In this document: positions 1 through 8,631 of the stretch, piece by piece
Numbering within the stretch: position 1 is the stretch's first letter
How the letters are laid out: every line of letters begins with the position of its first letter
Assembly: GCA_039803205.1 (NCBI GenBank)
Contig: JBDRYB010000038.1
Location: 1 to 13,116 of the forward strand
Reading direction: 5' to 3'
Length of the DNA: 13,116 nucleotides
DNA from: a candidate division WOR-3 bacterium
Lineage (GTDB): Bacteria > Hydrothermota > Hydrothermia > JBDRYB01
Notes under the pieces: model-generated
The model's database searches: none
Told to the model about the DNA's origin: nothing
The model's input: only the letters and a program-made list of their open reading frames with translations
Translations under genes and position numbers: made by a program

Positions 1-457
1 AATCCGGCATATTCTCAGAACCCCTCCTCCAGTCCGAGGCCAGGCTCTCCTGGATAGCCTGGGACAGCACCCAGATAGGCTCTGAGGTGAGGATGTATAT
101 CAGGACGAGGTGGGATGGGAGCTCCCCTTGGACAAACTGGCGAGAGGTATCAAACGGGGAAACCGTATCCGAGTCCCCTTATTTCCCAGCGAGGGACATC
201 CAGTATCGCGCTGAGTTCAGGTGGAGAAATCCCTCTTGGCTCCCCTGGCTTGAGAAAGTTGAGTTGACCTCCCTTCCCCTCTCTGAGGATGAGGCCATCT
301 CAGGCTCAGAGGGCGTCCTGAGGTTCGGCTCCGGAAATGGGTTTATCTGGGTATCCTGGCCCAAAAACCAAGCTGATGTCTCGCTTTATTCCGCTGATGG
401 CAGGAGAATCGCCCTGAAGAGCCTACATGAAGGGAGGGCTGAATTCCGGGGCCTGAG
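1..457 (+). repeat. C-terminal constant region, copy A (matches 1992-2448 and 5518-5974)
   Basis: Manual alignment found 2 mismatches against copy B (128/2119, 443/2434) and about 10 against copy C. Confidence 0.95.
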
Positions 458-527
458 CTCAGGGGTGTATTACCTCTGGGTGAGTTCCCCCCAAAGCCTC
501 ATAAAAGAGAAGGTTGTCGTGAGATAA
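1..527 (+). CDS. 3' part (5'-truncated) of an FG-GAP/VCBS-repeat secreted protein with T9SS-type C-terminal sorting domain (paralogue A)
   Basis: Frame is open from base 3 (SGIFSEPLLQ...) to TAA at 525-527. Nearly identical to the 3' ends of 683..2518 and 4206..6044. CTD-like end VSLYSADGRRI...GVYYL...KVVVR. Confidence 0.9.
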   Translation, partial: SGIFSEPLLQSEARLSWIAWDSTQIGSEVRMYIRTRWDGSSPWTNWREVSNGETVSESPYFPARDIQYRAEFRWRNPSWLPWLEKVELTSLPLSEDEAISGSEGVLRFGSGNGFIWVSWPKNQADVSLYSADGRRIALKSLHEGRAEFRGLSSGVYYLWVSSPQSLIKEKVVVR

Positions 528-533
528 GGGATC

Positions 534-587
534 AAGGCCGGGCCGGAGACCCCTTGCACCTCCCGTTTGCTCCGGCCCGGCCTTTTT
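534..587 (+). terminator. Putative intrinsic terminator, 15-bp stem with 21-nt loop
   Basis: AAGGCCGGGCCGGAG (534-548) pairs with CTCCGGCCCGGCCTT (570-584), with TTTTT at 583-587, just after the stop codon. Confidence 0.75.
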
Positions 588-612
588 CAATTCCCACAAG
601 GGATTTGCTTGA

Positions 613-680
613 TTTTCTTTCAGTTTTCTTTCAGTTTTTTCCGTATAATATAGCCCTAGCTGAAACCTTTTGGAGGTGCA
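613..680 (+). promoter_or_regulatory. Putative promoter: 2x TTTTCTTTCAG direct repeat, TATAAT -10 (644-649), RBS GGAGGT (672-677)
   Basis: Perfect -10 hexamer conserved in all three module copies. No consensus -35 at 17 bp; the direct repeat covers that position. Confidence 0.6.
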
Positions 681-682
681 CT

Positions 683-876
683 ATGCTTGAACTTTGCATG
701 GCTCTCGTAGCGGGGTCCTGGACAGAGACAAGGCCCCAGGACTTCATGGATGGATGGTATGACCCTCTCCTGTATGTCTCACGGAGGCTTCAGGTTGAGG
801 GCGTGAATCCGGCCGACTCAGGAGCGGTGGAGTTCTATCCACGGTTTGACGCGAACAGGGATGGGTATTATGACCT
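683..876 (+). repeat. N-terminal constant region, copy B (matches 4206-4399)
   Basis: 687-837 is identical to the copy C counterpart; only a few substitutions up to the DGYYDL codons, then abrupt divergence. Confidence 0.95.
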
Positions 877-2518
877 TGTGGGAAGCGACGGGAACGGCCC
901 TTATATCAGACTTTTCCTTGGTTCACCTACGGGATATTCAAATACCAATGTGAGATTGTTCCCTATAACCTCAGGCGGCGCTTGCGATATGGCTGATCTC
1001 AATCTTGACGGGTGGCCGGAACTTATTCATTCTGGATACAAGATGCATGAATGCAGGATATATTGGGGGAGCCAAGCGGCAGGAGGGCCGGATCCCACTA
1101 ATTATACTACCCTTCCTCATGATAGCGCTGAAGCGGTATTCGTGAATGATTTGGACAGGGATACCTATCTGGACATAATTCTAGCGGAATCGGAAGCTGG
1201 AGGGCGCATCCGGGTCTATTGGGGGAGCTCCGGAGGCTATAACCCTGGACTTGTATCCTACAGAGATGATCTTTATGCTTATGGCCACAACATAGAAGTT
1301 GCGGATCTGAATAAGGATATGTATGAAGATGTGGTGCTCGTGCGTCGGGAGGATCCGCTCTGGGGACTTTCTATACTTTGGGGAGATGGGGATAGGGACC
1401 TACAAAACAACCTGGTTTGGTTTGATTGGGTTGGGAATAACACTGAGTTTATTCCCCATGGCCTTACCCTTGGAGATTTCAATAAGGATAGCTGGATAGA
1501 CATAGTGGTTACAAGCTGCGACTATTCTTTCCCCGCGGAGGCAGCAGTTTACTTCTCAGATAACGGTTCATTCAGTCCAAGTAACCGCCTAATTCTCCAT
1601 CCCAGCCATTCGTATGGTGGTTCATCTGCTTGGGATGTTAATGGGGATGGGTGGCTTGATATAGTGTGCTTCCGGGGAGGTGGAGGGGGTTGGAACGCTC
1701 CCTTGCTTCTCTACATTAACAAAGGGACTCCCCCGTATTTCAGTGATGATGACACAGTAAGAGTCGGCTACTCTGCTCAACACTCCGGAGGATTCTTGGG
1801 GGATTTTAATTGGGATGGAAAGGCGGACATTTTTGCCAATGTAAGAGAGCTTGCTTATGACTACGTATACTGGGGAGTCCAACCTACGGGTGCATATGAT
1901 AGTGTACAGATTCTGAGCGTTACCTATGATCACCACGGCGGGTTCCGTGAGTGCGGAAACATCTACGACCGCTCCCCTATGGCATGGTATGAATCCGGCA
2001 TATTCTCAGAACCCCTCCTCCAGTCCGAGGCCAGGCTCTCCTGGATAGCCTGGGACAGCACCCAGATAGGCTCTGAGGTGAGGATGTATATCAGGACGAG
2101 GTGGGATGGGAGCTCCCCATGGACAAACTGGCGAGAGGTATCAAACGGGGAAACCGTATCCGAGTCCCCTTATTTCCCAGCGAGGGACATCCAGTATCGC
2201 GCTGAGTTCAGGTGGAGAAATCCCTCTTGGCTCCCCTGGCTTGAGAAAGTTGAGTTGACCTCCCTTCCCCTCTCTGAGGATGAGGCCATCTCAGGCTCAG
2301 AGGGCGTCCTGAGGTTCGGCTCCGGAAATGGGTTTATCTGGGTATCCTGGCCCAAAAACCAAGCTGATGTCTCGCTTTATTCCGCTGATGGCAGGAGAAT
2401 CGCCCTGAAGAGCCTACATGAAGGGAGGGCTGAGTTCCGGGGCCTGAGAGCGGGAGTCTATTTCATAAAGCTTAACTTCCAAGAAGGTCATCTGACAGAG
2501 AAGATCATCGTAAGATAG
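683..2518 (+). CDS. FG-GAP/VCBS-repeat seven-blade beta-propeller secreted protein with T9SS-type CTD (paralogue B, 611 aa)
   Basis: ATG at 683 follows GGAGGT and matches the start of paralogue C. Seven DxxxDG-type motifs: DANRDG, DLNLDG, DLDRDT, DLNKDM, DFNKDS, DVNGDG, DFNWDG. CTD ends GVYFIKL...KIIVR. Confidence 0.9.
   Translation: MLELCMALVAGSWTETRPQDFMDGWYDPLLYVSRRLQVEGVNPADSGAVEFYPRFDANRDGYYDLVGSDGNGPYIRLFLGSPTGYSNTNVRLFPITSGGACDMADLNLDGWPELIHSGYKMHECRIYWGSQAAGGPDPTNYTTLPHDSAEAVFVNDLDRDTYLDIILAESEAGGRIRVYWGSSGGYNPGLVSYRDDLYAYGHNIEVADLNKDMYEDVVLVRREDPLWGLSILWGDGDRDLQNNLVWFDWVGNNTEFIPHGLTLGDFNKDSWIDIVVTSCDYSFPAEAAVYFSDNGSFSPSNRLILHPSHSYGGSSAWDVNGDGWLDIVCFRGGGGGWNAPLLLYINKGTPPYFSDDDTVRVGYSAQHSGGFLGDFNWDGKADIFANVRELAYDYVYWGVQPTGAYDSVQILSVTYDHHGGFRECGNIYDRSPMAWYESGIFSEPLLQSEARLSWIAWDSTQIGSEVRMYIRTRWDGSSPWTNWREVSNGETVSESPYFPARDIQYRAEFRWRNPSWLPWLEKVELTSLPLSEDEAISGSEGVLRFGSGNGFIWVSWPKNQADVSLYSADGRRIALKSLHEGRAEFRGLRAGVYFIKLNFQEGHLTEKIIVR
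1962..2448 (+). repeat. C-terminal constant region, copy B
   Basis: Begins TCTACGACCGCTCCCCTATGG (same as 5488) and ends GGCCTGAG. Confidence 0.95.
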
Positions 2519-2529
2519 GAGGTTTAACC

Positions 2530-4050
2530 ATGTGTAGCTTGCTCTTCAATATAGGTGTTCTGGGAGCCCTTTTCGCCAAGGGCTTGCCGGATCTGCAGAC
2601 GCTCCACTATGGCTCCTTTATGTGCACCACACGAGATGGAGGCTTCGCGGTCACCGGATATCTTCCTTCAGCGCTATTCGAAGGCGGAGGTCTCATAAAG
2701 CTCACTTCAACAGGCGAGCTGGATTGGGCAGTTGGGATATCAACCCTTCAACCGAGCTTTAGGCTTAGTGCCAGCGTGATCCAGACATCTGATGGTGGAT
2801 ACGCGATAGCAACAGACATAGAAAGGGAGGGGGCGCACGATTTTCTGGTCATTAAGCTCAACTCCAACGGTTCTTTCAGGTGGGCCAAGACCATAGGCGG
2901 AATCGTTGGAGATGATATCCCTACTTCCATAATAGAAACATACGATCACCATCTTGTAGTCTCAGGCTGGTCCACTAGCTACGGTAACGGAAGCACGGAT
3001 GCTCTTGTGGTTAGACTGGACGAGAACGCGGGGTTTGTGTGGGCTTGCACTTTGGGTTCACTATCGGAGGAAGAGATATACTCCTCTTCCCTTGCTCCTG
3101 GTGGTGACAACCGTTTTCTGTTTGCCGGAGTGGCTCACGGGGCCAATACGGATGTGATACTGTTTGAGTTGGACAACGCTGGAAACCCGATATACATGTA
3201 CAAATGCCAAGACATTGGAATTCCTAATGGTGAGGACTATGCAAGATGTGTTGTAGCCACTGCACCTGATAACGGGTTTTTGCTAGTTGGCGAAACGACG
3301 AGCTGGGGAGGTAGTGATATGTTCGTGGTCAGGGGAGATGCCACCGGAACAATGAGGTGGGCACGGCTAATTGGCGGACCGCTCGGAGAGGCCGCTCTCT
3401 CGGCCACGCAGACATCCGATGGGAACTTCGTTGTAGCCGGTATAACCTGGACATACAGCATAGGTGGAAGGGATCACATGATATTGAAAATGGATAACGA
3501 GGGGAATCTCCTGTGGTGCACTGGTTTTGGCGGACCTGACCAGGATTTCGCTCAGACGGTCGTTGAAGCTGAGGATGGAGACCTCGGTATCCTGGGTTGG
3601 GGAATGAGCTACGGTGTGCCAACGGCCCTATTGAAGATAAGAGCTGATGGGACCTATCCTAACTGCGTTATGGAGATCCGGCCGATTGTCTCAGAAGTGA
3701 TACCCAACCATGGCCCTCACTCCCTTGCTCACCAACCCTGCACCCCGGATATCCTACCCGCTGATGTCCAGATAACCCCATTTTCCACATCCCTTACTAA
3801 TATATGTGAACCTCTATACGAGGACCTCAAAGAGACACGAGATTTGCCTCACTCTTCCCTCCTCTGCGCTTCATCATCCGGAGGCCTCCTGTTCATCTCT
3901 CCAATTGAAACGAAGATAAGCATATACTATCCCGATGGCCGGATAGCCTATGTTGGTGAGCTAAGTGCAGGGCGAAACCGGATCGCTCTTGGACCAGGAA
4001 TATACCTGTGGCAGACAGGGACTTACAGCGGTAAAGCTGTGGTGAAGTAA
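2530..4050 (+). CDS. Secreted beta-propeller-repeat protein (QTSDGG-type repeats) with T9SS-like CTD
   Basis: 506 aa; RBS AGGAGGT overlaps the upstream TAG. About seven repeats: TRDGGFAVTG, QTSDGGYAIA, ETYDHHLVVSG, PGGDNRFLFAG, PDNGFLLVG, QTSDGNFVVAG, EAEDGDLGILG. C-terminus ISIYYPDGRI...GIYLW...KAVVK. Confidence 0.85.
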   Translation: MCSLLFNIGVLGALFAKGLPDLQTLHYGSFMCTTRDGGFAVTGYLPSALFEGGGLIKLTSTGELDWAVGISTLQPSFRLSASVIQTSDGGYAIATDIEREGAHDFLVIKLNSNGSFRWAKTIGGIVGDDIPTSIIETYDHHLVVSGWSTSYGNGSTDALVVRLDENAGFVWACTLGSLSEEEIYSSSLAPGGDNRFLFAGVAHGANTDVILFELDNAGNPIYMYKCQDIGIPNGEDYARCVVATAPDNGFLLVGETTSWGGSDMFVVRGDATGTMRWARLIGGPLGEAALSATQTSDGNFVVAGITWTYSIGGRDHMILKMDNEGNLLWCTGFGGPDQDFAQTVVEAEDGDLGILGWGMSYGVPTALLKIRADGTYPNCVMEIRPIVSEVIPNHGPHSLAHQPCTPDILPADVQITPFSTSLTNICEPLYEDLKETRDLPHSSLLCASSSGGLLFISPIETKISIYYPDGRIAYVGELSAGRNRIALGPGIYLWQTGTYSGKAVVK

Positions 4051-4057
4051 AGAGCCC

Positions 4058-4111
4058 AGGCCGGGCCGGAAATCCCTTGCACCTCCCGTTTGCTCCGGCC
4101 CGGCCTTTTTT
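4058..4111 (+). terminator. Putative intrinsic terminator (copy 2)
   Basis: AGGCCGGGCCGGA pairs with TCCGGCCCGGCCT, followed by a T6 tract. Confidence 0.75.
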
Positions 4112-4205
4112 CAATTCCCACAAGGGATTTACCCGATTCTTTTTAGTTTTCTTTCAGTTTTTTCCCGTATAATATAACCCTAGCTGAAACCTCTGGAGGT
4201 GCACT
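4058..4205 (+). repeat. Intergenic module copy 2
   Basis: Same hairpin, TTTTCTTTCAG, TATAAT (4168-4173) and GGAGGTGCACT as 535-682. Confidence 0.95.
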
Positions 4206-6044
4206 ATGTTTGAACTTTGCATGGCTCTCGTAGCGGGGTCCTGGACAGAGACAAGGCCCCAGGACTTCATGGATGGATGGTATGACCCTCTCCTGTATGT
4301 CTCACGGAGGCTTCAGGTTGAGGGCGTGAATCCGGCCGACTCAGGAGCGGTGGAGTTCTACCCACGGTTTGACGCGAACAGGGACGGATATTATGACCTG
4401 GTATCATCCGAGTATGGCGGGCCAAACATAATCATCTGGTGGGGAAGCCCAACAGGATACAGCTCAACAAACAGGCGAAACTTCCCGGTTACAACGGCCG
4501 GAAACTGCGACATGGCGGACCTGAACCTTGATGGGTGGCCAGAGCTCATTGCCTCATGCACGGGAAGCAACGATACCTGCAAGATATACTGGGGCTCTCA
4601 GGCATCCGGAGGCCCTGATCCCAACAACTTTACCCCTCTCCCTCACGGAGGCTCTGAAACCGTTTACATCTATGACCTGGACAAGGATACATACCTTGAT
4701 GTCGTGCTTGGAACCCAACTCGGTACATGGAGTCCAATCAAGGTCTTCTGGGGGGGGCCGGGGGGATATTCCCCTGGTAACCTCTCTGTAAGCCTTGATG
4801 TGAAGGTTCAAGGCCACAACCTTGAGATATGCGACCTCAACAAGGATGGATATCCGGATATCGTATCTCCATATGCAGACGCATCGGGATGGGGGCCGCA
4901 CATCCTTTGGGGAGATGCCACCCCGAGGGACCTCACGGACAACCCTACTTGGTTCCACACGAGATCAGGTGCCTCAAATGCCCACGGTATTACCTTGGCT
5001 GATCTCAACAACGACGGTTGGCTGGATATCGTGGTTTCTTCTTTTGCATCAGGGAACCTCTCATCCGTTTATTTCTCTGATAATGGAACCTTCAACCCGA
5101 CCAATTCCATTACCCTCACCACTTCCTCCTGCTATGGCGGTTCAATAGCCTGGGATTTCAACGAGGATGGCTGGCTTGACCTCCTGTTTCTGCCAGGATA
5201 CGCTACAGCAAAGAAGCCCACAATATACTTTAATACCGGGACTCCACCGTATTTCGCTGATGCGGATACCGTTGGTGTAGGTTTGGCGGTTCAGTATTCA
5301 GGCGGCTTCATAGCTGATTTCAACCTTGATGGGAAACCGGACCTCTTCGCGAACGGGTGGGACAACGTTATCGGCGTTGACACATCCTTTGTGTTCTGGG
5401 GAATAAGCCCCTCGGGCTCGTGCGACAGCATCCAGAAACTACCCACTAATATTGATCACCATGGGACCTTCCGTGAATACAGCAATGTCTACGACCGCTC
5501 CCCTATGGCATGGTATGAATCCGGCATATTCTCAGAACCCCTCCTCCAATCCGAGGCCAGGCTCTCCTGGGTAGCCTGGGACAGCACCCAGATAGGCTCT
5601 GAGGTGAGGATGTATATCAGGACGAGGTGGGATGGGAGCTCCCCTTGGACAAACTGGCGAGAGGTATCAAACGGGGAAACCGTATCTGAGTCCCCTTATT
5701 TCCCAGCGAGGGACATCCAGTATCGCGCTGAGTTCAGGTGGAGAAATCCCTCTTGGCTCCCCTGGCTTGAGAAAGTTGAGTTGACCTCCCTTCCCCTCTC
5801 TGAGGATGAGGCCATCTCAGGCTCAGAAGGCGTCCTGAGGTTCGGCTCCGGAAAAGGGTTTATCTGGGTATCCTGGCCTGGGAACCAAGCTGATGTCTCG
5901 CTTTATTCCGCTGATGGCAGGAGAATCGCCCTGAAGAGCCTACATGAAGGGAGGGCTGAGTTCCGGGGCCTGAGCTCAGGGGTGTATTACCTCTGGGTGA
6001 GTTCCCCCCAAAGCCTCATAAAAGAGAAGGTTGTCGTGAGATAA
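4206..6044 (+). CDS. FG-GAP/VCBS-repeat seven-blade beta-propeller secreted protein with T9SS-type CTD (paralogue C, 612 aa)
   Basis: RBS GGAGGT. Motifs DANRDG, DLNLDG, DLDKDT, DLNKDG, DLNNDG, DFNEDG, DFNLDG. CTD tail identical to paralogue A. Confidence 0.92.
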   Translation: MFELCMALVAGSWTETRPQDFMDGWYDPLLYVSRRLQVEGVNPADSGAVEFYPRFDANRDGYYDLVSSEYGGPNIIIWWGSPTGYSSTNRRNFPVTTAGNCDMADLNLDGWPELIASCTGSNDTCKIYWGSQASGGPDPNNFTPLPHGGSETVYIYDLDKDTYLDVVLGTQLGTWSPIKVFWGGPGGYSPGNLSVSLDVKVQGHNLEICDLNKDGYPDIVSPYADASGWGPHILWGDATPRDLTDNPTWFHTRSGASNAHGITLADLNNDGWLDIVVSSFASGNLSSVYFSDNGTFNPTNSITLTTSSCYGGSIAWDFNEDGWLDLLFLPGYATAKKPTIYFNTGTPPYFADADTVGVGLAVQYSGGFIADFNLDGKPDLFANGWDNVIGVDTSFVFWGISPSGSCDSIQKLPTNIDHHGTFREYSNVYDRSPMAWYESGIFSEPLLQSEARLSWVAWDSTQIGSEVRMYIRTRWDGSSPWTNWREVSNGETVSESPYFPARDIQYRAEFRWRNPSWLPWLEKVELTSLPLSEDEAISGSEGVLRFGSGKGFIWVSWPGNQADVSLYSADGRRIALKSLHEGRAEFRGLSSGVYYLWVSSPQSLIKEKVVVR

Positions 6045-6168
6045 GGGATCAAGGCCGGGCCGGAGACCCCTTGCACCTCCCGTTTGTTCCGGCCCGGCCT
6101 TTTTCAATTCCCACAAGGGATTTGCTTGATTTTCTTTCAGTTTTCTTTCAGTCCATTCCGTATAATAT
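5488..6168 (+). repeat. C-terminal constant region copy C plus intergenic module copy 3 (5518-6168 matches 1-651)
   Basis: Direct repeat at offset 5517 from window start; homology ends just after TATAATAT. Confidence 0.95.
6051..6104 (+). terminator. Putative intrinsic terminator (copy 3)
   Basis: Same stem with one C>T change giving a G-U pair at the top; T5 tract follows. Confidence 0.75.
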
Positions 6169-6207
6169 CCCACGACATAAGAGCATATAACCATATGGAG
6201 GTGTAGG

Positions 6208-7785
6208 ATGAACTATCTAATCATGCTCATAGGATACGCTTGGCCGCCTGGATGGTGGCCGCAGTATGGCGCGGATGCCCAGCACACGAGGGTTCAGCTC
6301 ATGAAGGGGAACATGATAGGGCAACCTGCCATCATAGGAATCAATCTTTCCAGTGGAACGGAGAGCGAGGGCCCTGCCATAGCAACGATATCCGGAGTGA
6401 GCCACATCTTCCTTGAGTACGACTATGGAGACCCTGATGGGATAATTGCAATAAGGTATGTTGGTTTCTACGAGAGAGCGTGGAGCTGGGACTACGCTAA
6501 TGTTCCATCCCAGGGCTCTGCTTTGGCTGTTTGGGATGTTGACAACGACGGGACAGTGGAGGTGCTTCACGCCAACCAATATACCTCCGAGGACATTGGG
6601 GCCATATTTTGCCGGGTGGGGGCCACCGGGGTTCTAGAGTGGTATGGCCCTTACGATCAGCCGGATGCCGCGACTCCAACCATTTATGATCTGGATGGCA
6701 ACGGAACCATGGAGATATTCTTCGGGTGCATGACGGATGATACTCTCTACTGTTTAAATTCCAACGGAACTTTGCGCTGGAAGTCACCAAAACCCTCTGG
6801 TGGCGGGGACATGAATTACGCTCCTGCGGTTGGACAGATTATCCCCGGTGGAGACCCTGAGATTGTGGTTCAAACAGGGGATTATATTGCCATGTATAAT
6901 GCGAGGACAGGGGCTTTGCTCGCCTCCAGAGATATGCTCAGTGGCACCCTTTGTAGTGCACCGGCAATCGCAGATGTGGATAAAGATGGTGTTATGGAGG
7001 TCTTCATATACAAGGATTCATCAGATGTTCTTGGAGAGCGTCTCTGGTGCTTGAAACCCTCGGGTTCTGGCTTCACCCCCCTTTGGTCCAAACAGGTCTC
7101 TTGCGGCGGAAATGTTCAGAAACAGGGCATGGGCATAGCAGATCTCAACAACGACGGGTGGCTTGATGTGGTTATAGGTGCCGGCGGCACATCGGACAGA
7201 GTTTACTGTTTTAGGGGTTATGATGGTTATCAGATATGGGTATCTAATCAGCTAGCGGGAGATGTTCATAGGGGCGTGGCTATCGCCGATATTGATGGGG
7301 ATAATCGCTGGGAGGTCATCGCCCAGACAATTCCAGGTTGGATATACTGCCTAGCCGGGGAAAACGGGGCGATCCAGTGGCAGGTTGAGTTGCCTTCTTG
7401 CACGGATGCCCACGATGTCAGTGTAGGAGATACGGACAACGATGGTTGCTCCGAGATAGTCGTGGCTGGCGACGGTGGTTCCAGGCTTTGGGTTCTGGAC
7501 AGGAGTGGGACTAACTGCGGCTCGGTTGACGCTGAGGAGGCCGAGACAGGGGAGCGGGCCATCAAGGCTTGGTTTTCGGATGGTAAGATCTGCATCTCAT
7601 CGCCTCGTGATGGTAATGCCATGATCAGCATCTACGACCCCGTGGGCCGTCTTGTTCTATACAGAGAGATGAAGCTCCTGCGAGGAGAAAATTCGCTGAT
7701 TGTTGACCTAGAACCAGGGATATATATGGGCATAATAAATACAGGGAAAGAAACAGCGAGGTTCAGGATCCTCTTGACGAAATAG
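6208..7785 (+). CDS. FG-GAP / PQQ-like beta-propeller secreted protein with T9SS-like CTD
   Basis: 525 aa; RBS GGAGGT at 6197-6202. N-terminal [11 protein letters not shown] motif; DVDNDG, DLDGNG, DVDKDG, DLNNDG, DIDGDN, DTDNDG motifs. C-terminus [11 protein letters not shown]...PGIYM. Confidence 0.88.
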   Translation: MNYLIMLIGYAWPPGWWPQYGADAQHTRVQLMKGNMIGQPAIIGINLSSGTESEGPAIATISGVSHIFLEYDYGDPDGIIAIRYVGFYERAWSWDYANVPSQGSALAVWDVDNDGTVEVLHANQYTSEDIGAIFCRVGATGVLEWYGPYDQPDAATPTIYDLDGNGTMEIFFGCMTDDTLYCLNSNGTLRWKSPKPSGGGDMNYAPAVGQIIPGGDPEIVVQTGDYIAMYNARTGALLASRDMLSGTLCSAPAIADVDKDGVMEVFIYKDSSDVLGERLWCLKPSGSGFTPLWSKQVSCGGNVQKQGMGIADLNNDGWLDVVIGAGGTSDRVYCFRGYDGYQIWVSNQLAGDVHRGVAIADIDGDNRWEVIAQTIPGWIYCLAGENGAIQWQVELPSCTDAHDVSVGDTDNDGCSEIVVAGDGGSRLWVLDRSGTNCGSVDAEEAETGERAIKAWFSDGKICISSPRDGNAMISIYDPVGRLVLYREMKLLRGENSLIVDLEPGIYMGIINTGKETARFRILLTK

Positions 7786-8629
7786 AAGCCCTTTCAGAAT
7801 CCTCATATGCGAGCGCGACCGCCTTGGCTTTGTCCCTAACCCTCAGGATGAACCTCGCCCTGTCCGTAGGAGACAAGGCGCCCCGGGCGTCAAGCATGTT
7901 GAACGCGTGAGACATCTTTATGACAGCATCATAAGCGGGGTAAAGTAGACCCTTTCCAAGCAGGCGCTCGGCCTCGGCCTCATACTTTTCAAATAGATAA
8001 AGAAAGAAATCCGGATCCGACTCCTCGTAGTTATACACCGAAAACTCGCGCTCAAAATCCCTGTAGATGTCACCCCATGTCACCTCTTCGTTCCACTTGA
8101 GGTCAAATATGCTTCCTTTGCCCTGGAGATACATGGCTATTCGCTCAAGGCCGTAGGTTATCTCGCCTGTTATGAGCTGGAGGTCAAGTCCGCCTACTTG
8201 CTGGAAATAGGTGAACTGGGTTATCTCAAGCCCATCAAGCCAGACCTCCCATCCGAGGCCCCAAGCGCCCAGGGTCGGGGATTCCCAGTCGTCCTCCACG
8301 AAACGGATGTCGTGATCCTCAAGCTTGATGCCCAAGGCTCTCAGGGATTCAAGGTATATGTCCTGAAAGTCATCCGGAACCGGCTTCATCACAACCTGAT
8401 ACTGGTGATACTGCTGAACCCGGTTGGGGTTCTCAGCGTATCGGCCGTCCTTTGGCCTTCTGGCTACCTCAACATAAGCCGCGCGCCACGGCCTCGGGCC
8501 CAAAGCCCTCAGGAATGTCGCTGGATTGAATGTCCCCGCGCCTAGCTCGGAGTTATATGGCTCAAGTAGAACGCAACCCTGGGATTCCCAAAAGGAATCA
8601 AGCGCCCTTATTAGCCTCTGAAATGTCAT
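7763..8629 (-). CDS. glyQ: Glycine--tRNA ligase alpha subunit
   Basis: Signature motifs [82 protein letters not shown]. Confidence 0.98.
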   Translation of the reverse strand: MTFQRLIRALDSFWESQGCVLLEPYNSELGAGTFNPATFLRALGPRPWRAAYVEVARRPKDGRYAENPNRVQQYHQYQVVMKPVPDDFQDIYLESLRALGIKLEDHDIRFVEDDWESPTLGAWGLGWEVWLDGLEITQFTYFQQVGGLDLQLITGEITYGLERIAMYLQGKGSIFDLKWNEEVTWGDIYRDFEREFSVYNYEESDPDFFLYLFEKYEAEAERLLGKGLLYPAYDAVIKMSHAFNMLDARGALSPTDRARFILRVRDKAKAVALAYEDSERASISSRGS

Positions 8630-8631
8630 GG

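Larger units (their letters stand above)
534..682 (+). repeat. Intergenic module copy 1 (hairpin, direct repeat, -10, RBS)
   Basis: Near-identical to 4058-4205 and, up to position 651, to 6051-6168. Confidence 0.95.

Noticed and set aside
554..682. 43-codon N-terminal extension of ORF 554..2518
   Set aside because: It runs through the terminator/promoter module. ATG 683 has a strong RBS and matches the start of paralogue C.
4750..4765. G8 and G6 runs as a phase-variation tract
   Set aside because: Short, in frame and explained by the W-G-G-P-G-G codons; no evidence of slippage.
1..6044. Diversity-generating retroelement TR/VR pair
   Set aside because: No reverse transcriptase in the window, mismatches between repeats are not adenine-specific, and every copy lies within an intact reading frame.
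534..6104. CRISPR array or integron attC sites
   Set aside because: Repeats are gene-spaced and over 100 bp. There are no RYYYAAC/GTTRRRY ends and no cas or integrase gene.
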